64,000 nt of DNA from contig JAGCDQ010000024.1 in the NCBI GenBank assembly GCA_017651245.1, positions 15,516 through 79,515 on the forward strand. Reading direction: 5' to 3'. Below are positions 8,463-16,013 of this stretch, in pieces. How positions within the stretch are numbered: position 1 is the stretch's first letter; each line of letters opens with the position of its first letter. The notes under the pieces were generated by a model. That model was not told the DNA's origin and made no database searches. It worked only from the letters and a program-made list of their open reading frames with translations. Position numbers and translations under genes: made by a program. The DNA is from Bacteroidaceae bacterium (GTDB lineage Bacteria; Bacteroidota; Bacteroidia; Bacteroidales; Bacteroidaceae).

Positions 8463-8488
8463 ATGTCATTACATCAACAAACTAAGAT

Positions 8489-10078
8489 ATGAAACAATTA
8501 CTTCTTGGTGACGAAGCCATTGCCTTGGGAGCAATTAACGCCGGACTTTCTGGCGTGTACGCTTATCCTGGCACTCCGTCAACCGAAATCACTGAATTCA
8601 TTCAGACAAACAAAGTGGCACGCGAACGTGGCATTCACAGCCGCTGGTGTACCAACGAGAAGACAGCGATGGAAGCTGCCCTCGGTATGTCCTATGCAGG
8701 CAAGCGTGCTTTGGTGTGCATGAAGCATGTGGGTATGAACGTGTGTGCTGACGCTTTTGTCAATAGCGCCATTACGGGGGTGAATGGCGGTCTTATCGTA
8801 TTGGCTGCCGACGACCCATCGATGCACTCTTCACAGAACGAGCAGGACAGCCGCTTCTATGGCAAGTTCGCCCTCATCCCTGTGTTTGAGCCATCGAACC
8901 AGCAGGAGGCTTACGATATGGTGGCAAGTGCTTTCGAACTCTCAGAAAGTCTGAAGGTGCCTGTGCTGCTGCGCATCGTCACTCGTCTGGCACACAGCCG
9001 TGCTGCTGTGGAGGTGGGTGAACTGGGAGCAGAAAACGCACTCAACCCCAGCACAGACCAATGGGTGTTGCTGCCAGGCATCGCAAGAAAGAAGTATGTG
9101 GATCTGCTGGGCAAGCAAGCGGAATTTGAGAAAGCCAGTGAGGCTTCTGTTTATAATAGGAAGGAAACGGCAGATGGTCAGAAATTGGGCATCATCGCGT
9201 GTGGCATCGGTTACAACTACGTGAAAGAAAATGTGGGCGACAATGCCAACATCCTGAAGGTGAGTCAATATCCTCTTTCTCCGAAAGTGATTCGCGCCTT
9301 TGCCGAAGAGAACGACGCCCTCCTCGTGGTTGAGGACGGACAGCCAGTTGTAGAAGAGGCGATTGCAGGAATGGTTGGTGCCGACTACCCCATCAAGGGA
9401 CGTCTGACTGGCGACCTTCCACGCACAGGCGAGCTGACTCCTGACTGTGTAGCCAAGGCGTTGGGCAAGCCAGCAGGTCCTGCTTTCGACAATGCAAAGA
9501 ACCTTGCAGGTCGTCCTCCTCAGCTCTGTCAGGGCTGCGGACACCGCGATGTATATACTGCCCTCAATCAAGTGCTGGCTGAATATCCTGATTATCGCGT
9601 GTTTGGTGACATCGGTTGCTACACCTTGGGAGCACTTCCTCCATTCAAGGCACTCTCTAGCTGTGTGGACATGGGTGCTTCCATCACGATGGCGAAGGGT
9701 GCTGCTGATGCAGGTTTGTTCCCTGCTGTTGCCATCATCGGTGACTCCACTTTCACTCATAGCGGTATGACAGGTCTGTTGGATGCTGTGAACGACAAGT
9801 CCAACATTACTGTTGTCATCTCCGACAACCTGACTACAGGTATGACGGGTGGACAGGACTCTGCAGGCACAAACAAGTTTGAGGCGATTTGCCTTGGATT
9901 GGGTGTAGAGCCAGAGCATGTGCGCGTGGTGGTGCCACTTCCCAAGAATATGCCAGAGATTACCCGCATCATGAAGGAAGAGATTGAGTACAATGGAGTT
10001 TCAGTGATTATTCCTCGTCGTGAGTGCATCCAAACGGCAGCACGTCACGCAAGAGAACGAGCAAAACAACAGAAATAA
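8489..10078 (+). CDS. iorA: Indolepyruvate:ferredoxin oxidoreductase, alpha subunit (TPP-binding)
   Basis: 529 aa. N-terminal LLGDEAIALGAINAG...YPGTPSTEI, TPP-binding region GDIGCYTLG...IGDSTFTHSGMTGL, and a CxxC (LCQGCGHRD). The small beta subunit follows directly. Confidence 0.85.
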   Translation: MKQLLLGDEAIALGAINAGLSGVYAYPGTPSTEITEFIQTNKVARERGIHSRWCTNEKTAMEAALGMSYAGKRALVCMKHVGMNVCADAFVNSAITGVNGGLIVLAADDPSMHSSQNEQDSRFYGKFALIPVFEPSNQQEAYDMVASAFELSESLKVPVLLRIVTRLAHSRAAVEVGELGAENALNPSTDQWVLLPGIARKKYVDLLGKQAEFEKASEASVYNRKETADGQKLGIIACGIGYNYVKENVGDNANILKVSQYPLSPKVIRAFAEENDALLVVEDGQPVVEEAIAGMVGADYPIKGRLTGDLPRTGELTPDCVAKALGKPAGPAFDNAKNLAGRPPQLCQGCGHRDVYTALNQVLAEYPDYRVFGDIGCYTLGALPPFKALSSCVDMGASITMAKGAADAGLFPAVAIIGDSTFTHSGMTGLLDAVNDKSNITVVISDNLTTGMTGGQDSAGTNKFEAICLGLGVEPEHVRVVVPLPKNMPEITRIMKEEIEYNGVSVIIPRRECIQTAARHARERAKQQK

Positions 10079-10079
10079 G

Positions 10080-10658
10080 ATGAAAAAAGACATCATACTG
10101 TGCGGTGTGGGAGGACAAGGTATCCTTTCCATCGCCACGATTATCGGAGAAGCAGCCACAGAGGCTGGCATCAATCTGAAACAGGCTGAGGTGCACGGAA
10201 TGAGCCAGCGTGGTGGCGACGTGCAGTCTAACCTGCGTCTCTCTACAGAGAACATTTACAGCGACCTCATCCCTCAAGGTGGTGCCGATGTGGTCATCTC
10301 CATGGAGCCTATGGAATCTCTTCGTTACCTGCCCTACCTCGCTAAGACGGGTACGATCGTGACCAGCAGCAAGCCCTTCGTCAACATTCCCAACTATCCT
10401 GACGAAGCTGCCCTGATGGCTGAACTTGACAGCATGCCATCTGTGGTGAAGCTCGACATTGAGAGTGTGGCAAAGGATGCAGGCAATGTGCGTGGTGCCA
10501 ACATGGTGCTGCTCGGCATGGCTGCCCCCTTCATTGAGATTCTCACCGTAGAACAACTCCGCAAAGCCATCTCCGTCATCTTTGCTCGCAAGGGTGAAGC
10601 CATCGTCGAAGCCAACCTCAAGGCTTTCGACATGGGTGTGGAGGCAAGTAAAAAATAA
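10080..10658 (+). CDS. iorB: Indolepyruvate:ferredoxin oxidoreductase, beta subunit
   Basis: The start MKKDIILCGVGGQGILS (ATG 10080) lies 1 nt after the iorA stop. The ~192 aa length is typical of IorB / the gamma-type domain of 2-oxoacid:ferredoxin oxidoreductases. Confidence 0.85.
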   Translation: MKKDIILCGVGGQGILSIATIIGEAATEAGINLKQAEVHGMSQRGGDVQSNLRLSTENIYSDLIPQGGADVVISMEPMESLRYLPYLAKTGTIVTSSKPFVNIPNYPDEAALMAELDSMPSVVKLDIESVAKDAGNVRGANMVLLGMAAPFIEILTVEQLRKAISVIFARKGEAIVEANLKAFDMGVEASKK

Positions 10659-10679
10659 CAATCAAACACAATTAAAAAC

Positions 10680-11996
10680 ATGATTCACAATCCGGAAATT
10701 GAATGCATGGACAGAGAGTCTATGCGCAAGTTACAATCTGAACGTCTGATCAAAACCGTCAAGACTTGTTATGAAAATGTGCCCTTCTACAAGAAGAAGA
10801 TGGACAGAATGGGTGTCAAGCCCGAGGATATCCGCAGCATCGACGATATCTACAAGTTGCCTTTCACCACCAAGCACGACTTGCGTGATGAATACCCATT
10901 CGGTCTGCAGGCAGTTCCTCAAAGCGAGATTCGCCGTATTCACGCCTCATCAGGTACGACAGGCAAGCCCGTTGTGGGCACTTACACAGAAAACGACCTG
11001 AAGATGTGGGCAGAGTGTGTGGCTCGTGTGATGGCAGTCGGCGATGTAGGTCCTGGCGACGTCGTTCAGGTAGCTTACGGATATGGATTGTTCACAGGAG
11101 GTCTGGGTGCGCACGACGGTGCTGCCGTTCGTGGAGCCATTCAGTTGCCTACCTCAGCAGGTAACTCCGCTAAGCAGATCATGCTGATGAAGGACTTTGG
11201 CACCACAGCCCTTTGCTGTACGCCTTCTTACGCCCTCCACTTGGCAGAGGTGATTGAGCAGCATCCTGAAATCAATGCAGAAGACTTGAAGCTGAGAGTC
11301 GGTTTCTTCGGTGCTGAACCTTGGACTTGGGGTATCCGCCGCGAGTTGGAGAAGAAGCTCCACATCAAGGCTATCGACATCTACGGTCTGACAGAGATGT
11401 GTGGTCCTGGTGTAGGTGGTGAATGTCTGTATCAGAACGGTACGCACATTGCCGAAGACATGTTCTATCCAGAAATCATCAATCCTGAAACACTGGAGCC
11501 AGTGGCACCAGGCGAAGAGGGCGAGTTGGTGTTCACCTCACTGTGCAAGGAGGCGATGCCAATCCTTCGTTATCGCACACGCGACCTTACCCACCTCATC
11601 TACGAGCCTTGTGAATGTGGACGAACCTCTGTCCGCATCGGAAAGATTCTGGGTCGAAGCGACGACATGCTCATCATCCGTGGTGTGAACGTCTTCCCAT
11701 CACAGATTGAGACCATCCTGACAGAGTTCCCTGTCTTCACGCCTCAGTATTTCATCACCGTGGATCGAAAGAACAACGAAGACACCTTCGACCTTGATGT
11801 CGAGTTGCGTGCAGAATACTTCTCACCCAACCCAGCAAAGCAGATGCCATTCATCAAGCCACTCTACGACCGTATCGTCAGCATGGTGGGCATCAAGCCA
11901 AACATCCACATCAAGGAACCAGGCAACATCGAACGTTCCACTGGTAAGGCTAAGCACGTACTCGATAAGAGAACACTCTTGTCTGATTGGAAATAA
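10680..11996 (+). CDS. paaK: Phenylacetate-CoA ligase family (arylacetate-CoA ligase), paralog 1
   Basis: 438 aa. Adenylate-forming P-loop SSGTTGKP, plus YGLTEMCGPGV and RYRTRDL...CECGRT...GRSDDMLIIRGVNVFP, typical of the PaaK family. Confidence 0.85.
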   Translation: MIHNPEIECMDRESMRKLQSERLIKTVKTCYENVPFYKKKMDRMGVKPEDIRSIDDIYKLPFTTKHDLRDEYPFGLQAVPQSEIRRIHASSGTTGKPVVGTYTENDLKMWAECVARVMAVGDVGPGDVVQVAYGYGLFTGGLGAHDGAAVRGAIQLPTSAGNSAKQIMLMKDFGTTALCCTPSYALHLAEVIEQHPEINAEDLKLRVGFFGAEPWTWGIRRELEKKLHIKAIDIYGLTEMCGPGVGGECLYQNGTHIAEDMFYPEIINPETLEPVAPGEEGELVFTSLCKEAMPILRYRTRDLTHLIYEPCECGRTSVRIGKILGRSDDMLIIRGVNVFPSQIETILTEFPVFTPQYFITVDRKNNEDTFDLDVELRAEYFSPNPAKQMPFIKPLYDRIVSMVGIKPNIHIKEPGNIERSTGKAKHVLDKRTLLSDWK

Positions 11997-12007
11997 ACTA
12001 TTATAAT

Positions 12008-13315
12008 ATGACAAATACACCGCTTGATTATCAGATAGTCACCGAGGCCATTGACAGCATGGCCCTCGGTGATTTCTCCCAAGCTACTATCCGTGACATT
12101 CAATCACTCTCGAAAGTGCTGGAAGAGAAGACGGGACAGACTGTGATACACCTGGAGATGGGTGTGCCAGGACTGCAACCCTCCAGCATCGCATTGAAAG
12201 CAGAACAAGAAGCACTCGCAAAGGGCTGTGCCACCACCTACCCACCCAACGGCGGCATCCCACGCATCAAAGAGGCTGCCTCTCGTTTCGTGAAAGCATT
12301 CATCGATGTGGACATCGACCCACTCTGCTGCATCCCTACCACTGGCAGCATGCAAGGCACATTCGCCACGTTCACGGCTTGGCACCACGCCATGCCTGAG
12401 AAGGACACTGTGTTGTTCATCCACCCGGGCTTCCCTGTGCAGACGACACAATGCGACGTGATTGGCTTGAAGCACATCGGTCTGGACATCCACGGCTATC
12501 GTGGTGCAGCGCTCATCGAGAAACTAGAGGAAATCCTGTCGGCAGGCAACATCTGCGGCATCGTGTATTCGAACCCCAACAACCCATCGTGGGTGTGCTT
12601 CAACGACGAGGAACTGAAGGGCATCGCAGGACTGGCTGACAAGCACGACTGCATCATCTTGGAGGATTTGGCTTACTTCGCAATGGACTTCCGCAGAGAC
12701 CTGAGCCACCCCTTCGAGGCACCTTTCCAGGCAACGGTGGCAAGATACACGGACAGGTACATTCTGGCAGTGTCTGGTTCGAAAGCGTTCTCGTATGCCG
12801 GTCAGCGCATCGGTGTGGCTTGCATCAGCAACACGCTCTACCACCGGGTGTATCCAGCCTTGGAAAAGAACTTCGGCGTGGGCGAGTTCGGAAACTTCTT
12901 CTGCAACCGATTGATGTACACCCTCTCCAGCGGCACAACCCACAGTGTGCAACACGCGATGGCAGCCCTAATGGAAGCAGCTTGCGACGGCTCGTACAAC
13001 TTCCTTGCCGATGTACGCGAGTATGGCAGAAGGGCAAAGTTCATGAAAGACGTGCTCTTGGCGAACGGCTTCTACCTCGTGTACGACAATGACCTCGGTG
13101 CCCCACTGGCTGACGGTTTCTACTTTACCGTGCAGTATCCAGGCATGACCGACCTCGAACTGACGCGCGAACTGATGTACTACGGCATCGCCGTGTTCCC
13201 ACTCGACACGATGGGCAGCAACGAGCAGGGTGTGCGCATCTGCACCTCGTTCTTCTCGAAAGAGCAGGAGCCTATCTTTAAGGAAAGAATTGAAATCTTC
13301 AAATCGAATCATTAA
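12008..13315 (+). CDS. Class I/II PLP-dependent aminotransferase
   Basis: ~435 aa. The PLP-lysine context SGSKAFSYAGQRIG and YSNPNNPS are typical of fold-type I aminotransferases. I preferred the start at MTNTPLDY (12008). The 11987 start would overlap the paaK stop. Confidence 0.8.
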   Translation: MTNTPLDYQIVTEAIDSMALGDFSQATIRDIQSLSKVLEEKTGQTVIHLEMGVPGLQPSSIALKAEQEALAKGCATTYPPNGGIPRIKEAASRFVKAFIDVDIDPLCCIPTTGSMQGTFATFTAWHHAMPEKDTVLFIHPGFPVQTTQCDVIGLKHIGLDIHGYRGAALIEKLEEILSAGNICGIVYSNPNNPSWVCFNDEELKGIAGLADKHDCIILEDLAYFAMDFRRDLSHPFEAPFQATVARYTDRYILAVSGSKAFSYAGQRIGVACISNTLYHRVYPALEKNFGVGEFGNFFCNRLMYTLSSGTTHSVQHAMAALMEAACDGSYNFLADVREYGRRAKFMKDVLLANGFYLVYDNDLGAPLADGFYFTVQYPGMTDLELTRELMYYGIAVFPLDTMGSNEQGVRICTSFFSKEQEPIFKERIEIFKSNH

Positions 13316-13324
13316 TACAACACC

Positions 13325-14641
13325 ATGGACAATAACTCACCTTACTTTCATCCTCAATATGAGACGCTGTCTCGTGAGGAAATTCAGAAGCTGCAACTGG
13401 AGCGTCTGCAGGCAACGGTGAAGCACTGCATGAACTCTCCTTTCTACAAGCAGCGTTTTGAGGAAATTGGACTGAAACCAGAGGACATCAAGAGCCTCGA
13501 CGACATCCGCAAGATACCTTTTACCACCAAGCAAGACTTGCGCGACACTTATCCCTTCGGCATCGCCAGTGCTCCACTCCGCGATTGCGTGCGTCTGCAC
13601 TCTTCATCTGGCACGACGGGTAACCCAACCGTAATCCTGCACACGAAGAAAGACCTCGATGAGTGGGCAAACCAAGTGGCTCGTAACCTCTGGATGGTAG
13701 GACTCCGTCCTGACGACGTGTTCCAGAACTCTTCTGGTTATGGTATGTTCACAGGCGGTCTGGGCTTCCAATATGGTGCAGAGAAGTTGGGCATGTTGAC
13801 CGTTCCTGCAGCAGCAGGTAACTCACTCCGCCAGATCAAGTTCATCAAGGATTTCGGCACGACTGCCATCCATGCAGTACCCAGCTACGTGACCCGTCTG
13901 TACGAGGTGATGCAGCAAGAGGGTGTTGACCCTCGCAAGGACACGAAGCTGAAGGTGCTCGCCATTGGTGCAGAGCCTCACAGCGAGGAGCAGCGCAAGC
14001 GCATCGAGGACATGATGGGCGTGAAGGCTTACAACTCGTTCGGTATGAGCGAGATGTGTGGTCCTGGCGTGGGCTTCGAATGCAAGGAACAAAACGGTCT
14101 GCACTTCTGGGAAGACTACTACATCGTGGAGATTGTTGACCCTGAAACGTTGGAGCCTGTGAAGGAGGGCGAAATTGGCGAATTGGTGCTCACCACCTTG
14201 TGTCGTGAAGCAATGCCATTACTCCGCTATCGCACCCGAGACCTGACTCGCGTATTAGGTCACACTTGTCCTTGTGGCCGCAACCACGTGCGTCTTGACC
14301 GTATGCGTGGTCGCAGCGACGACATGATGGTGCTGCGTGGCGTGAACATCTTCCCCATCCAGATTGAGAAGATTCTCATGCAGTTCAAAGAACTGGCAAA
14401 CAACTACCTCATCACCCTGACCACCGACGAGGACAACGACAACATGACCGTGGAGGTGGAACTCGAGGAACTCTTCACCGACGACTTCACACGCCTACTT
14501 GAATTACAGAAGGAAATCAAGCGTCGCCTGAAAGACGAAATCCTCCTCACCCCACACGTGAAGCTCGTGCCTAAAGGCAGCCTCCCTGTGAGCGAAGGCA
14601 AGGCTGTGAGAGTGGTGGATAAGAGAAAAGTTTATCAGTAG
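13325..14641 (+). CDS. paaK: Phenylacetate-CoA ligase family, paralog 2
   Basis: 438 aa with the same motif set as paralog 1 (SSGTTGNP, FGMSEMCGPGV, RYRTRDL...CPCGRN...GRSDDMMVLRGVNIFP). It is clearly diverged from paralog 1, roughly 40-45% identical by eye (not computed). Confidence 0.85.
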   Translation: MDNNSPYFHPQYETLSREEIQKLQLERLQATVKHCMNSPFYKQRFEEIGLKPEDIKSLDDIRKIPFTTKQDLRDTYPFGIASAPLRDCVRLHSSSGTTGNPTVILHTKKDLDEWANQVARNLWMVGLRPDDVFQNSSGYGMFTGGLGFQYGAEKLGMLTVPAAAGNSLRQIKFIKDFGTTAIHAVPSYVTRLYEVMQQEGVDPRKDTKLKVLAIGAEPHSEEQRKRIEDMMGVKAYNSFGMSEMCGPGVGFECKEQNGLHFWEDYYIVEIVDPETLEPVKEGEIGELVLTTLCREAMPLLRYRTRDLTRVLGHTCPCGRNHVRLDRMRGRSDDMMVLRGVNIFPIQIEKILMQFKELANNYLITLTTDEDNDNMTVEVELEELFTDDFTRLLELQKEIKRRLKDEILLTPHVKLVPKGSLPVSEGKAVRVVDKRKVYQ

Positions 14642-14809
14642 ACCCTCTCCCCAACCCTCCCCCCCCAATGGGGAGGGAGACCATGTGGGATGTTGGGAAA
14701 ATAGAGAATAAAGAGTCAATAACAAACCATCAAACAAACCCCTCATTAGAAACCATCCGGATGATTCTCTCCATTATAGGGGAGATATCCGAAGGACAGA
14801 GAGGGTCTA
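14639..14809. repeat. 171-bp element bounded by perfect 11-bp inverted repeats (TAGACCCTCTC ... GAGAGGGTCTA); MITE-like candidate
   Basis: The termini at 14639-14649 and 14799-14809 are exact reverse complements. The element fills almost the whole paaK2-ACT gap and contains a CCCTCCCC-N-GGGGAGGG hairpin (14655-14679). Confidence 0.45.
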
Positions 14810-14813
14810 TCAT

Positions 14814-15233
14814 ATGACAATCAAGCAACTATCCATTTTCATTGAGAATAAGGGCGGCACTCTCATTAAGGTGCTCGACCTGTTAAGCAAGGCAGGCATC
14901 CAAATCATCGCCTCCACAGTGGCTGACACGAAGGACTACGGCATCTATCGTGTGCTGACCAACAACTCTGCCCAGGCGTACCTCACCCTGAAAGAGGCAG
15001 GCATCAACGTGCAACTCTCCGAAGTGTTCGCCCTCAGCATCGACGACCAACCTGGACGTGCAGCAGAAGCCATCAAGGAAATCTCTGATGCCAACGTGAG
15101 CATCATGTACCTTTACTCCTTCCTCTGGCAAGGAAAGGGCGTGCTCGTGTTCCGTGCCGACCAGAGCGAGAAGGCAAAGGAGGCCATCATGCTGAACAAG
15201 CTGTCGTTCATGACAGAAGAAGACTTTAAGTAA
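14814..15233 (+). CDS. ACT-domain (amino-acid-binding) protein
   Basis: 139 aa with two short ACT-like beta-alpha-beta-beta-alpha-beta modules (LSIFIENKGGTLIKVLDLLSKAGIQI; ALSIDDQPGRAAEAIKEISDANVSI). Small ACT proteins commonly accompany iorAB/paaK genes. Confidence 0.7.
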   Translation: MTIKQLSIFIENKGGTLIKVLDLLSKAGIQIIASTVADTKDYGIYRVLTNNSAQAYLTLKEAGINVQLSEVFALSIDDQPGRAAEAIKEISDANVSIMYLYSFLWQGKGVLVFRADQSEKAKEAIMLNKLSFMTEEDFK

Positions 15234-15235
15234 AC

Positions 15236-15649
15236 ATGACTTTACTGGAAGCACTCAACAAGGGTGACCGCTTTGCTGAAAGCATTGGTGCCCAACTGAC
15301 AGAGGTACGTGAAGGATATGCGAAAGCAGAACTGACCGTGGAGGAACGACACCTGAACGGGGCTGGAGTTTGTCAAGGAGGTGTGATGTACACCCTTGCT
15401 GACCTCGCCTTTGCAGGGGTTGCCAACAGTCGAGGCATCCTCACTGTGGGGGTGAACAACACCATCACCTTCCTCAAATCAGGACAGCTGGGCGACCACC
15501 TCACAGCGGAATGCACGGAAACCCTCAATCACCATAAACTACCCTACTGCAACATCCAGGTGAAAAACCAGAATGGAGAACTCCTTGCTGCAGTCACAGG
15601 ACTGGCTTATCGCACTAAAAGGGACTTCCCATTCGAGAGGTTGATGTAG
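15236..15649 (+). CDS. PaaI/hotdog-fold acyl-CoA thioesterase
   Basis: 137 aa. The segment NGAGVCQGGVMYTLADLAFAG resembles the PaaI-type hotdog thioesterase core. The gene starts 2 nt after the ACT gene. Confidence 0.7.
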   Translation: MTLLEALNKGDRFAESIGAQLTEVREGYAKAELTVEERHLNGAGVCQGGVMYTLADLAFAGVANSRGILTVGVNNTITFLKSGQLGDHLTAECTETLNHHKLPYCNIQVKNQNGELLAAVTGLAYRTKRDFPFERLM

Positions 15650-15719
15650 GGAGAAGGACTTTTTTCGTCCTTCAAGCGAAAAAAATGCGGAAAAGTTTGG
15701 TCAGTTAGAAAAAAAGCCC

Positions 15720-15727
15720 TACCTTTG
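15720..15727 (+). promoter_or_regulatory. -7 promoter box for tRNA-Phe
   Basis: TACCTTTGCACTCGC lies 23 nt before the tRNA, with TTTG 20 nt upstream. The same 15-mer occurs upstream of tRNA-Glu. Confidence 0.65.
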
Positions 15728-15750
15728 CACTCGCTAAACAAAAGCACGAT

Positions 15751-15823
15751 GGTGCCATAGCTCAGTTGGTAGAGCATCGGACTGAAAATCCGTGTGTCCC
15801 CGGTTCGAATCCTGGTGGTACCA
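15751..15823 (+). tRNA. tRNA-Phe (anticodon GAA)
   Basis: Hand-folded cloverleaf. Acceptor GGTGCCA/TGGTACC, D arm GCTCAGTTGGTAGAGC, anticodon stem-loop with CT-GAA-AA, T arm CCCGG-TTCGAAT-CCTGG, discriminator A. CCA is not encoded. Confidence 0.9.
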
Positions 15824-15958
15824 CAACAGAAAGGACTCTTAACAAAATTCATTGTTGAGGGCCCTCTTTTTTTGCCTAAAATAGAGGTAGAAACGCCCTC
15901 AAATTATTTTTCTCGAAAAAAAAAGTGACAAAAACTTTTTCTTTCAAACTATTATTGC

Positions 15959-15966
15959 TACTTTTG
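15959..15966 (+). promoter_or_regulatory. -7 promoter box (TACTTTTG) for the Na+/solute symporter gene
   Basis: TACTTTTGCA lies 47 nt upstream of ATG 16014. Confidence 0.5.
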
Positions 15967-16013
15967 CAAATCATCTTAACAACACAATAACAAAAACTAT
16001 TACCTCTATCATT

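Noticed and set aside
15751-15823. Functional link between tRNA-Phe and the adjacent phenylacetate/phenylalanine-related operon.
   Set aside because: The tRNA has its own promoter and terminator. The adjacency is most simply coincidence, and I see no T-box-like or attenuator element connecting them.
15607-15852. 81-aa minus-strand ORF.
   Set aside because: It overlaps tRNA-Phe and its promoter and terminator, so the translation is an artefact of the tRNA sequence.
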